Shown here piece by piece: positions 40,877 through 50,328 of a stretch of DNA of 64,000 nucleotides; within the stretch, counting starts at the first letter, position 1; every line of letters starts with the position of its first letter. Origin of the DNA: Patescibacteria group bacterium (GTDB lineage Bacteria > Patescibacteriota > Minisyncoccia > UBA6257 > JACRHW01); contig JAGWJP010000001.1 in assembly GCA_028865725.1 (NCBI GenBank), forward strand, positions 143,143-207,142, in the 5' to 3' direction. A program made the position numbers and the translations under genes. The notes below the pieces were generated by a model that saw nothing but the letters and a program-made list of their open reading frames with translations, did not search any database and was not told where the DNA came from.

Positions 40877-41383
40877 ATGGCTACCAGACACTTAGCACGA
40901 ACAGTGGTACTCCAATCCTTATACGAATGGGATTTTTATGGTAAAAAGGCGGATTTACTGGGAATTGTGGAGCGCAACTTACAAGAGTTTGCGCCCGGAA
41001 TTGATGAGCCTGAGTTTGTTTACAAAATCATTAACGGTGTTATTTCTCATCTTGCGGATATCGATGCGGTTATACAAAAAACTGCTCCTGAATGGCCTTT
41101 TGAACAAATCGGTGTAATCGATAGAAACGTTCTTCGTATCGGATTATATGAATTGTTTTATGCAGATAAAGCAGAAGTGCCGCCTAACGTCGCTATTAAT
41201 GAATCGATCGAACTTGCTAAAACATTTGGAGGTTCTTCAAGCGGAAAATTTGTGAATGGGGTGCTTGGTACCGTGTATCGACAGATGACAGAACTTGAGG
41301 GAGGAGGTGAGAATGAGGTTGTCGCAGATAACGTGAGCGATAACGATGAAGTGTCGAACGAGACTGAAGAAGTAAAAAATTAA
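40877..41383 (+). CDS. nusB: Transcription antitermination factor NusB.
   Basis: [14 protein letters not shown] and a NusB fold. Confidence 0.8.
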   Translation: MATRHLARTVVLQSLYEWDFYGKKADLLGIVERNLQEFAPGIDEPEFVYKIINGVISHLADIDAVIQKTAPEWPFEQIGVIDRNVLRIGLYELFYADKAEVPPNVAINESIELAKTFGGSSSGKFVNGVLGTVYRQMTELEGGGENEVVADNVSDNDEVSNETEEVKN

Positions 41384-41438
41384 AGATTAAAAATCAAAGT
41401 GGGAGTGTAAAATGCAAAAAGCATAACTAAAATCATTA

Positions 41439-42191
41439 TTGAGTTTTGATGTGTCATTTTGCATTTTGATGTTTCCATTTTTGAACTTTTTTGTGGCTGA
41501 TCACACTGCACTCGAACAAAAATTAGGTATCCGCTTTCAGAATCCCGATCTTCTTATCGAGGCGCTTACGCACCGTTCTTATATTAATGAACATCCGTCA
41601 TGGCGTTTGCCTCACAATGAACGGTTGGAATTTCTCGGCGATGCAGTGCTGGAACTTGCGTCTACCCGTTTTTTGTTTGAGCAATTTCCTCATAAACCAG
41701 AAGGAGAACTGACTAGTTTCCGTGCGGCTTTGGTGAATACGGATGCGCTTGCCGAGGTTGCAACTGCCTTGGGACTTGATCAGTTCATTTTACTTTCACG
41801 CGGAGAAGCCGCGCACACCGGCAAAGCAAAAAAGAATATTTTGGCTGATGCGCTTGAGGCATTGATTGGCGCACTCTATCGCGATCAAGGGTATGAGACA
41901 GCCGAAGGATTTATCGCGCAGCATATTCTCGCGGCATTAGAGTCTGTTCTTTCTACGCAGCGCTATCGCGATCCGAAGAGTGTCTTTCAAGAAAAGGCGC
42001 AAGCCCATGTTTCCATTACCCCTGTCTATCAGGTAGTGGATGAATGGGGTCCCGATCACGATAAACGGTTTTTGGTCGGTGTGTTTTTGGGGGATGAACG
42101 CGTCGCGACAGGTGAGGGTGCTTCTAAGCAAGAAGCGGAGACGAATGCGGCACGCGAGGGGCTTACTGTGAAAGGATGGAATAAAAAATAA
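41439..42191 (+). CDS. rnc: Ribonuclease III.
   Basis: ALTHRSYINEH...NERLEFLGDAVLEL signature and a C-terminal dsRBD. The start may be downstream, at MFPFLNF. Confidence 0.88.
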   Translation: MSFDVSFCILMFPFLNFFVADHTALEQKLGIRFQNPDLLIEALTHRSYINEHPSWRLPHNERLEFLGDAVLELASTRFLFEQFPHKPEGELTSFRAALVNTDALAEVATALGLDQFILLSRGEAAHTGKAKKNILADALEALIGALYRDQGYETAEGFIAQHILAALESVLSTQRYRDPKSVFQEKAQAHVSITPVYQVVDEWGPDHDKRFLVGVFLGDERVATGEGASKQEAETNAAREGLTVKGWNKK

Positions 42192-42220
42192 GGCAAAAAT
42201 TGGAATTAAAACTTAAGATC

Positions 42221-42340
42221 ATGCAGTGCCCAAAATGTAAAAAAGAGATGGTTACAAAAAGACGAGATACGAGCTATGGCGTGAGAAATAAAAAAGAATA
42301 TAGCCGAATCGTATATTGGTGTGAAAAGGATGACATTTAG
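42221..42340 (+). CDS. Possible small Cys-containing protein (39 aa).
   Basis: Translation: MQCPKCKKEMVTKRRDTSYGVRNKKEYSRIVYWCEKDDI. No clear RBS. It is below the ORF-track cutoff. Confidence 0.2.
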   Translation: MQCPKCKKEMVTKRRDTSYGVRNKKEYSRIVYWCEKDDI

Positions 42341-42409
42341 GTATGTATCGAAACGCCTAGAACGGTTTCATAACTAAGCCAGTTTCGTAATTTTTTGCAT
42401 TTTGAACTT

Positions 42410-44524
42410 ATGTTGAAGTCTATTGAGCTTATTGGATTCAAATCATTTGCGAACAAGACTATACTTGAATTTCCTGCGCGTGTGACCGCAATTGTGGGTC
42501 CTAATGGGTCAGGAAAATCGAATATCGTCGATGCGTTTCGATGGATTTTAGGGGAGCGGGGCGCAACGAATCTTCGCTCAGAGAATCAGGAGAGTCTCAT
42601 TTTTTCCGGCAGTCATAAAAAGAGCGCCATGTCGTTTGCAGAGGCGCGCTTTCATTTTGATAATAGTAATGCCCTCTTTCCGCTTGAGTTTTCCGAGTTT
42701 TCTATAGGACGGCGCGTCGAGCGGGATGGGTCTTCCCGTTTTTTCTTAAATCAAGAAGAAATGCGGTTGAGGGATCTCGCACAATTGTTTGCACGTGCCA
42801 AAATAGGGACCAAAGGAGTTTCCATTATCAATCAAGGGGAGGCAGATCATTTTATTCGCGTCACCCCGGAAAAGCGCCGTGAACTTATCGAAGAAGCGGT
42901 GGGACTTAAGGAATACCAACTCAAGCAACGCGAGACGCTTGCCAAACTTGCTGCTGCCGAACAAAATCTTGCGCAGACAACTCAACTGTTGGCCGAAATT
43001 ACTCCGCATTTACGCTCTCTTCGTAGAAGTGCGGAACGTTACGCAAAACGGGATGAACTTGAACAGGCGTGTTCTGATGCTGCGTGTCGCTATTTCGCAT
43101 CGTTCTATGGGGAGATAGAAACAGAAATACAAAAAGTAAGCGCTGATCGTGAGTTTCTTTCCGGTCATATTATGGAACAACAGGCGATACTTGCCACACA
43201 TGAACAGGCACTCCAAGTGAATACTGTCGATACCGATCGTTCAAGTCTCGTGGCTCTTATGGAAACGCGAAGAATGCGAGAAGACGCAAGGCAAACATTG
43301 CTCTCTGAGTTAAATGCCGCCGAACGTATGCTTACACGTAAGCTTCAGGAACGAAACGTTGGGGGAGAACCTGCCTATCAAGCGCTTCGCGATATGGTTC
43401 ATGATGTTGAAGAGGCATGCGAAGCATTACTTTCTGTTCACGACGTTGCGTCTATTCACGTCACATTGGGCAATCTTCTTACCCGCGTGAAGGATCTTTT
43501 TCGTGGTTCGCATCACGAAGATGAGAGCTCTGCAGAGTATGAGGAAAAGAAACAAGCGCTCCTGCACGATCTTCATGCGCTTGAAGATGAAATCGCGATG
43601 CTTCTTGTACAGGAAAAAGAAGAGGAGCAGCGTTACGGGGAACGCACGCGCTCGTTTTCCACGCTTTTACACAATGTGGATCAGGCGCGAAAAGATTTAT
43701 TTTCTCTTCGTACACAAGAGGATGCGCTGCATTTTGAAGAAGAGCGTTTGAATCTTCGTGTCGAACATATCAAAGAAAAATTGAAAGAATATGATATTTC
43801 TTTTGATTCGCTGTTGTCGCGACGCCGCATGTTTCCACCTCTTACTGTTTCCGAGCGGAATGCGCTTGAGGAGCGTATGATGCGCTTGAAACGCGAGCTT
43901 GCATTAATAGGAAGCGCCGATGAGTCATTACTGTCTGAATTGGCATCCACTGAGGAGCGCCATGCATTTTTATCGTCACAATCATCTGATCTTGTGCGCG
44001 CGACGGAAGATTTGCGCACACTTGGCGCAGAATTGGATTTAAAAATTAAAACCGATTTTCAAGACGCAACAATCAAACTTAACACGGAATTTACTCATGC
44101 GTTTGGTTTACTCTCTGATGGCGGGAAAGCACGTTTAGTCATGCAAAAAGAACCCCATACCGTATCTGAAGGAGAAGAGCTTATGGCTCCTCCCGGCGTA
44201 GATATCGCCCTTGAACTTCCGCGTAAAAAAATTACCAGTTTAGATATGCTTTCCGGAGGAGAGCGTACGCTCGTGGCTCTTGCGTTTATGTGTGCGCTCG
44301 TCGCTGTTGCAGAACCGCCATTTTTAGTGCTGGATGAGGTAGATGCGGCTCTTGATGAACAGAATGCGGTAAAATTTGGTACCCTTATGCGTACTCTTGC
44401 CAAAAATACACAATTTGTTATTATTACCCACAACCGCGCCACGATGGAGGCTGCCGATGTGCTCTATGGTGTCACCATGGCGGATGACGGTATTTCCAGA
44501 CTTTTATCACTCAAGCTTTCGTAA
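42410..44524 (+). CDS. smc: SMC-family chromosome segregation ATPase, short form (about 704 aa).
   Basis: N-terminal Walker A FKSFANKTILEFPARVTAIVGPNGSGKSNIVDA, a coiled coil, and C-terminal LSGGERTLVALAFMCAL...LVLDEVDAALD. The synteny rnc-smc is conserved. Confidence 0.8.
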   Translation: MLKSIELIGFKSFANKTILEFPARVTAIVGPNGSGKSNIVDAFRWILGERGATNLRSENQESLIFSGSHKKSAMSFAEARFHFDNSNALFPLEFSEFSIGRRVERDGSSRFFLNQEEMRLRDLAQLFARAKIGTKGVSIINQGEADHFIRVTPEKRRELIEEAVGLKEYQLKQRETLAKLAAAEQNLAQTTQLLAEITPHLRSLRRSAERYAKRDELEQACSDAACRYFASFYGEIETEIQKVSADREFLSGHIMEQQAILATHEQALQVNTVDTDRSSLVALMETRRMREDARQTLLSELNAAERMLTRKLQERNVGGEPAYQALRDMVHDVEEACEALLSVHDVASIHVTLGNLLTRVKDLFRGSHHEDESSAEYEEKKQALLHDLHALEDEIAMLLVQEKEEEQRYGERTRSFSTLLHNVDQARKDLFSLRTQEDALHFEEERLNLRVEHIKEKLKEYDISFDSLLSRRRMFPPLTVSERNALEERMMRLKRELALIGSADESLLSELASTEERHAFLSSQSSDLVRATEDLRTLGAELDLKIKTDFQDATIKLNTEFTHAFGLLSDGGKARLVMQKEPHTVSEGEELMAPPGVDIALELPRKKITSLDMLSGGERTLVALAFMCALVAVAEPPFLVLDEVDAALDEQNAVKFGTLMRTLAKNTQFVIITHNRATMEAADVLYGVTMADDGISRLLSLKLS

Positions 44525-44564
44525 ACAATAGCCCAATTTATTAACCAACTATCTAAGTTCATAC

Positions 44565-44852
44565 ATGTTAAGAATTCGTCTCAATCGTGTAGGCAAAAAG
44601 CATCAGGCCACGTATCGTGTGGTGGTGCTGCCTCAGCGATCAAAACCGCGCGGGGGAAAGGTGAATGAAGATCTCGGATGGTGGAATCCTCACACCGGCA
44701 CCCATGCGCTTTCAGAAGATCGCGCACAGTATTGGTTGCATCAAGGCGCTAAACCGTCTGATACCGTTTATAACTTGTTTGTGCACGCAGGGATTGTCAG
44801 AGGCGCTAAACGGCCAGTGCATAACACAAAAAAAGAAGGCAAGAAGAAATAG
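44565..44852 (+). CDS. rpsP: 30S ribosomal protein S16.
   Basis: MLRIRLNRVGKKHQATYRVVV. Confidence 0.95.
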   Translation: MLRIRLNRVGKKHQATYRVVVLPQRSKPRGGKVNEDLGWWNPHTGTHALSEDRAQYWLHQGAKPSDTVYNLFVHAGIVRGAKRPVHNTKKEGKKK

Positions 44853-44861
44853 AAGAAAGTA

Positions 44862-44890
44862 TTGACAAATTTTATTGTTTCTGATATAGT
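44862..44890 (+). promoter_or_regulatory. Consensus-like promoter: TTGACA, 17-nt spacer, TATAGT, between rpsP and the KH gene.
   Basis: ttgaca at 44862-44867 and tatagt at 44885-44890. Confidence 0.45.
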
Positions 44891-44967
44891 ATAGATATCA
44901 TAGCATGCTTTCCAGATTCTAACAGGGAAGGAAAGGTCGAACACTAATACCATAAAGAACCAGAGAT

Positions 44968-45264
44968 ATGGACGACAAAGGATTTCTTGAATATTTGATT
45001 AAATCAATCGTTGATCATCCGGATGATGTCCGCGTTGATCGAAAAGTGGACGAGATGGGTGTTCTCCTTTCATTAAAAGTGAATGCGGAGGACATGGGTC
45101 AAGTGATTGGCCGCCAGGGTTCCACCTCGAAAGCGATTCGCACCTTGCTTCGTATCGTCGGACTCAAGAATCACGCACGTGTGAACTTGAAGATCGAAGA
45201 GCCGGAAGGAGGTATGCGTCCACATAGCAGAGTGGATCAAGAAATGGGAGACTTGAACATATAA
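44968..45264 (+). CDS. KH-domain RNA-binding protein (YlqC/UPF0109-like).
   Basis: LIKSIVDHPDDVRV...MGQVIGRQGSTSKAIRTLL carries the GxxG KH motif. The position after rpsP is conserved. Confidence 0.85.
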   Translation: MDDKGFLEYLIKSIVDHPDDVRVDRKVDEMGVLLSLKVNAEDMGQVIGRQGSTSKAIRTLLRIVGLKNHARVNLKIEEPEGGMRPHSRVDQEMGDLNI

Positions 45265-45286
45265 TTTTTTTCAGAATCCCGTTAGA

Positions 45287-45322
45287 AACACAACACCCCG
45301 AACTATTTCGGGGTGTTGTGTT
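45287..45322. repeat. Long hairpin (14-bp stem) without a T-tract.
   Basis: AACACAACACCCCGaactatttCGGGGTGTTGTGTT. Confidence 0.4.
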
Positions 45323-45584
45323 GTGGGTGAAACGTGGTTTCGTGCATTCTTCTTGATTTATATACTTCAAGTAATATATGGAGTGTTGCTTTCACGAAGG
45401 AGTGTGAGGGTGTATGGCCGTTTCTCCGTCTAGTAACAGGGTCCTGCGATACGGTTTCACTATCGGCATCATAGTACGTATGAAGCCACATATCGGTCAG
45501 AGCACAAAAGATTTTCTCCTCGCGATTTACTAATTCAATGAAAAAACCGAGATTGTGTTCTCGGTTATTTTTTATGGTTTCTCT

Positions 45585-45884
45585 TTATCTCCAGACCGAA
45601 AATCCTTCTGTTTTTTTCCAATCCTTATGATGTACTATTCGTGTTTTGGGATCTGATCTTCGCACATGTACTCCAAAAGGTCTGACATGGTAGCCGCGGG
45701 CTTGGGATGATGCCACACGTCGTGCGTCGGCTTCGTTATGAAATGTTGCATAAAACAACCCTTCTCCCTCAATATTGAAACCTGTCGATTCTGCCTCATC
45801 AGGATCCTCTATTCCTAAAAATTCCATTTTTGACCTCCATTCATCGTTCAGGAAAATCATATCATGTACCTTCATGCATGCCAA
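45585..45884 (-). CDS. Hypothetical protein (99 aa).
   Basis: ORF only. Confidence 0.35.
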   Translation of the reverse strand: MACMKVHDMIFLNDEWRSKMEFLGIEDPDEAESTGFNIEGEGLFYATFHNEADARRVASSQARGYHVRPFGVHVRRSDPKTRIVHHKDWKKTEGFSVWR

Positions 45885-45932
45885 ACAATTATCGTGGGTT
45901 CATAGTAAAGAGGTTCTCAGTTTATTCTTTTG

Positions 45933-46424
45933 TTAAGACGCACCGACCGGTAGGAGGCTTATTCCTCCTTCTTGGGTAATCAGAAAATAAGAACTTCTTG
46001 TTGCGGCCGCAATTTCATTTCTGTTTTCGCCAACAGGACGAAGAGTAATCCTTACGTGAAGGTTATGATATCTATCGTGTGCATATGCGATGAGCACATC
46101 GATTCTTCGTACAAATTCCTGTGGTTCAAGCTGGAGAATCGTCCATTGGAGCGTTCTCTTGAGATTATTGATAAGGAATATGATGCTTTTGTGTTCTGGA
46201 GGAGTCAACGTGCAGGGTATTTGGGCGCGCATCGCTTCCTCAAAAAAATGAAAGAGAAGATCAAACTCCTTGTCCATATCGGGAGCGGGGGATGAACGCT
46301 CTGCTCCTCCGCGCCATACGAGCTTGGCCTCCATAGACGTGATACGAGGACACATTGCGCGTTTCATCATGTATATTCCGAATGCCATCAATCCTACTCC
46401 CAGTACGCATTCCTGAACTATCAT
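45933..46424 (-). CDS. Hypothetical protein (163 aa) with an N-terminal TM.
   Basis: ORF only. Confidence 0.4.
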   Translation of the reverse strand: MIVQECVLGVGLMAFGIYMMKRAMCPRITSMEAKLVWRGGAERSSPAPDMDKEFDLLFHFFEEAMRAQIPCTLTPPEHKSIIFLINNLKRTLQWTILQLEPQEFVRRIDVLIAYAHDRYHNLHVRITLRPVGENRNEIAAATRSSYFLITQEGGISLLPVGAS

Positions 46425-46568
46425 AGAGAAGGCCTCCTTTCAAAGCATGTTATCTAGAATCTAATAAAGCATATGGGGAAATCATTGTCAATTTAATTCT
46501 TTTATGATATGACCACTTTGAATAAGGCCAATGTATTTCACGCGATCCTATAAGGAGGTGGATTATGA

Positions 46569-46976
46569 ATGAATAATATAGCGATATTTTTTGCACGTTT
46601 CGACTGGCATTGGATTTTTCTTGTTCCTTGTATTGCTGGCTATGCAGTGCGATTGCGCCCAAGTGCAGGGACAATATTCGTATTGATTGCATCGGTGTGC
46701 AGCGTAGGAGGAGTCGCGTATCGTGTACACACAGGAGAAAGTCTTGACGCGATTTTCTTATGCACCCTCATAGTAATTGGCATAGGGTATGCAGGACCAG
46801 ATGTGGGGCACTCGGTGAGCACGGCGCTACGTCATCCTCGTACGTGCGTGGGTCTGATCATCGTGTGCGTTCTCGCATATGTCGTGGTCCATCCTGATCT
46901 TCTGGACAACTTATGCACGCTGCTTGTTATCCTTACGGCGATTTGGATGATAATGGGTCGTCCGCGTTTACATTAG
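46569..46976 (+). CDS. Hypothetical membrane protein (135 aa).
   Basis: 4 predicted TM segments. Confidence 0.4.
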   Translation: MNNIAIFFARFDWHWIFLVPCIAGYAVRLRPSAGTIFVLIASVCSVGGVAYRVHTGESLDAIFLCTLIVIGIGYAGPDVGHSVSTALRHPRTCVGLIIVCVLAYVVVHPDLLDNLCTLLVILTAIWMIMGRPRLH

Positions 46977-47250
46977 CACGCGCCCTTTGCACAGATAAAC
47001 ACTCTTCACACGCGTGAGGAGTTTTTCTTTCTTCAAGAACTTGAGGACGGAGATCATCGATGAAGGCGCGCCATGACGATAGGTCATCACGATCGCATAC
47101 CGCATGCGCGAGTGATGTGCTATGATCGTAATCTCATAAAGATTAACTAAGGCATGAGCGCGTAGGCTTTGTGAAGAAATGACTTTGTTTGTTTTTCGCG
47201 CGGCTATTGTTATAATTAATTATTATTTATCCATCCTTTAACTTGCTCAT

Positions 47251-48222
47251 ATGAGTCACATGGAAATGCCGCCCTTACAGGAATCAGGTTTGGAGACGAT
47301 GCGCCGCGCCGCGCAGGAGCTTATTGATCGTGCACACGAGGATATCAACGCATTATATCGACAAGACACTGACAAACCTCTCGAGCGAAGAGAGTATCAC
47401 AACATAGGACACACGAAAGGAGTAGAGAAAAACGCAGAACGTATTTTGCGTACGATCCAAGAAGCCGATTCTTCCCTTGGAGTTACTCCACGCGATGTTA
47501 TTCTCGCACGTCTTATTGCCGCATATCATGATATCGATCAGAGCCAGGATAAGCCGAATGAAGTCAAAGAAAATGTAGAAGGGGAAGAATTAACAAAATC
47601 TCTCCGCAAACGTTTTATCGCGACAATTGAAAAAAATAGCGCCGGAATTCTTCTTGGGCGCATGCAGCAGATGAATGAGGAACAAGGAGAATTATTTACC
47701 GAACATGATAAAGATATCGTGAAAGAAGCGATTCTTGCCACTGTTCCTGGGTTTGATCGAAGTCTGGGCACAGTGACTCAGCCCAACCTTCATGAAGATG
47801 CATCATTTATTACAAAGGCGGTCGCATTGGCAGATCTTGGCGCGATGATGGGGGGTGGTGAAGAGTTTTTGGAAGATGGCAACCGCGTATTTCGAGAGGA
47901 TAATATTGATATTGCAGAGGCTCTTGAACATCCAGAAATGATTGATGAGCGAAAAAAACGTTATTTTGCAACGCGCATACAAAACTGGTATCGCACGCAA
48001 GTCTCGTTTGTGGAAGGACGCCAGCAGATCTTTGAGATTCAGCTTCTTTCATTTCCTGAATCGGTTCGCGACAAGGTAAAAGAGCTTTTTAAGTTCGACG
48101 AGGCGATTGCTGCAGCAAGACAACGCATCGCAGATATTGAGAACGCCACGCAGGCAGGCCGCCCCTACTCATTTGAACAGATGATGGAATCGATGGGGTA
48201 TGCGCTTCCTTCAGCACACTAG
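47251..48222 (+). CDS. HD-motif protein, paralog A (323 aa), function unknown.
   Basis: YHNIGHTKGVEKNAERIL...LIAAYHDIDQ matches the H..H...HD pattern. The protein is colinear with the downstream paralog along its full length. Confidence 0.6.
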   Translation: MSHMEMPPLQESGLETMRRAAQELIDRAHEDINALYRQDTDKPLERREYHNIGHTKGVEKNAERILRTIQEADSSLGVTPRDVILARLIAAYHDIDQSQDKPNEVKENVEGEELTKSLRKRFIATIEKNSAGILLGRMQQMNEEQGELFTEHDKDIVKEAILATVPGFDRSLGTVTQPNLHEDASFITKAVALADLGAMMGGGEEFLEDGNRVFREDNIDIAEALEHPEMIDERKKRYFATRIQNWYRTQVSFVEGRQQIFEIQLLSFPESVRDKVKELFKFDEAIAAARQRIADIENATQAGRPYSFEQMMESMGYALPSAH

Positions 48223-48266
48223 CATAAGCGGCGTTTTCGCGCGCGCGGGGACACTTTTCAGAAGTC

Positions 48267-48344
48267 TTGACTAATCTGCATCTTTAGTGTAGTATCTACT
48301 GCTAGAAAAGGCTCGTAAGAGCCTTTTGAAAAAAAGAAGGAGAG
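48267..48344 (+). promoter_or_regulatory. Promoter (TTGACT, 17-nt spacer, TAGTAT), leader hairpin and RBS. The module is nearly duplicated upstream of lemA at 63472.
   Basis: ttgact at 48267-48272; tagtat at 48290-48295; hairpin AAAAGGCTCgtaaGAGCCTTTT at 48306-48327; RBS gaaggagag. Confidence 0.5.
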
Positions 48345-48351
48345 ACGTAAG

Positions 48352-49332
48352 ATGGCAGAATGTAGGCGGAGACGTCGTAACGTGATTGTCCCACCACCGC
48401 TTTCGTGGGTAGTAATGAAGAATTTAATCAGGAGAGCATATATCGACATTGAAAAAATGTATCCCGGTGAGGGGTGGGCTGGAAACGATCCTTTTGTAGA
48501 GCGCGCATACCACAACATTACGCATACGCACGGTGTTGTGTGGGCTACAGATAAGATCTTGGGAACGATGAGCAACGATCCAAGGAGTGAAATTAATGCA
48601 CGCGGTATTAATCTCGGGTGTCTTATTGCCGCATGTCATGATATCGATCAGCGGCAAGGTGCGCCTACCGCAAGCCATATCAGCTTAGGCGGTCAAATGT
48701 ATACGAAAGAGATGCGCCATCGTTTTGTGGGGCTCATCGAAGAGAATAGCGTTGAGATTTTGCTGGGTCGAATGTGTCAGGAAAACATGACTTATGGCAC
48801 CGAGCTTTTTACCGAAGAGGATATGCGGATTGCGAGAGAGGCAATTTTGGCCACCGTTCCCGGATTTGATCCGGAATTGGGTACCGTGATTCAGCCAAAC
48901 CTGAGTGAAGGCGCATCGTTCATCACGCACGCGCTCGCACTTGCAGATCTGCATGCTGCGATGATGCGCGGAGGGGCTGCTTTTTTGGCAGACGGAAACG
49001 CGGTGTTTCGCGAAGAGAATATTGACGTTGCGAGAACGCTCCTGCGTTCCCCCAATATTTCCCAGGCAGAGAAAGATTTTATCTGTGAGCGCATTATGGC
49101 GTGGTATAGAATGCAGATTCGGTTTGCTGAAGGGCGTAAAATTGTCGTTCAAAAGCAGCTTCTTTGGTTGCCGGAAACGATGCGAGATCCGGTCATGAAT
49201 CTTTTTAAGTTCGATAGGGCGATTGCTGCCGCAAGAAAGCGTGTGAAATCAATTGATGCTAAGGTTCAGGCGGGGTATCCTCCTTCGTTTGAAGAAATGG
49301 TATTGTCTATGGGATATACCGTCATACTTTAG
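48352..49332 (+). CDS. HD-motif protein, paralog B (326 aa), function unknown.
   Basis: YHNITHTHGVVWATDKIL...LIAACHDIDQ. It aligns with paralog A with many identical blocks (ATVPGFD, GTV.QPNL, ASFIT, ALADL, DGN.VFRE.NID, LFKFD.AIAAAR, AG.P.SFE.M..SMGY). Confidence 0.6.
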   Translation: MAECRRRRRNVIVPPPLSWVVMKNLIRRAYIDIEKMYPGEGWAGNDPFVERAYHNITHTHGVVWATDKILGTMSNDPRSEINARGINLGCLIAACHDIDQRQGAPTASHISLGGQMYTKEMRHRFVGLIEENSVEILLGRMCQENMTYGTELFTEEDMRIAREAILATVPGFDPELGTVIQPNLSEGASFITHALALADLHAAMMRGGAAFLADGNAVFREENIDVARTLLRSPNISQAEKDFICERIMAWYRMQIRFAEGRKIVVQKQLLWLPETMRDPVMNLFKFDRAIAAARKRVKSIDAKVQAGYPPSFEEMVLSMGYTVIL

Positions 49333-49345
49333 ACTCTAAGAAAAA

Positions 49346-49370
49346 CCCCCTCCATGCGAGGGGTTTTGTT
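49346..49370 (+). terminator. Intrinsic terminator.
   Basis: CCCCTCcatgcGAGGGGttttgtt. Confidence 0.65.
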
Positions 49371-49950
49371 ATAAATAAGATGAGTGCCTTAGGATGGATT
49401 AATGTAGAGAATGATGGATTTTATGTCATGGAAGATTTCCCTCCGGTTCCTTGGTATTTTTGGCTGAATATTCTCGGCGTCGTTTTGTTAATAGGTCTTA
49501 CGATATGGACCTTTTCTCAAATATGACGCCACTCTTTACGCACGTAAAGATTCTAACATACCTTTTCGCGGTGTGTTTTTATTTACAAGCTCCGAGTGGA
49601 TCTGAGGAGATTCCTTCACGAAACGCTCTTGACTAAGAGAATCAAATTTTTGCCCCTCGCCACTTCGCGCTCATATTTTCACCTTTGGTGGACTTGGTAC
49701 GAAACCAGTGGAACGAAATATTGCGAGAATTGGCCGAATGGAATCAGCTCAAGATCGCCCACGAAGCACTGCTTGCTACCAGATAATCACAGTTTAGCCG
49801 ATTTTTCCGAGTTTGTGAATGGAACTAACCGGACACAAACTTAACTCACCGATTTCTGCCCCGTGTTTGCCCCTGGGGCGAGCTTTGTACCGAGAGTAGA
49901 CACCTCGACCATGGCCCACCGGTTTGACCAAAATTGAGAGCCTAAAACGA

Positions 49951-49969
49951 TTTGCTTAACTTAAGCAAA
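49951..49969. repeat. Perfect 9-bp palindrome with a 1-nt spacer (tttgcttaa c ttaagcaaa).
   Basis: Read directly. It is 48 nt upstream of ORF 50017. Confidence 0.4.
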
Positions 49970-50016
49970 TATGACTCCTCGCTGGACTTGTTCCGAGGGC
50001 AAGCGTATGTTCTTGC

Positions 50017-50328
50017 TTGCCTATGAACGAGGACATCGAAGCCGTCCTCCGGGACGCAAAAAATGTACGATTGCCACATCAGCGCGGATCATTCAATCCG
50101 CTATCCTCGCTTCCAGAACCTAAAGCCAAAATCAAACAAGCGATCAAGGAACGAATCAGACTTCTTGCCGGTGCTTATATTTCCCTTGCCGGATTTGTGG
50201 ACGATGACGATATTCGGTTTGCCGAAGCAAATCAGAAATCAGTCAAAACAAAAGCAATATATCAAAAAATTCTCGAGGAGATGGAAACAGCGATTGAGGA
50301 AATAAGGCAGTTTAAAATTATTGATTAA
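50017..50328 (+). CDS. Hypothetical protein (103 aa).
   Basis: ORF only. Confidence 0.35.
   Translation: MPMNEDIEAVLRDAKNVRLPHQRGSFNPLSSLPEPKAKIKQAIKERIRLLAGAYISLAGFVDDDDIRFAEANQKSVKTKAIYQKILEEMETAIEEIRQFKIID

Noticed and set aside
49624-49632. A third cttgactaa -35-like box, like those in the shared promoter.
   Set aside because: No -10 element or leader hairpin follows at the appropriate spacing. It is probably a chance match or a decayed copy.
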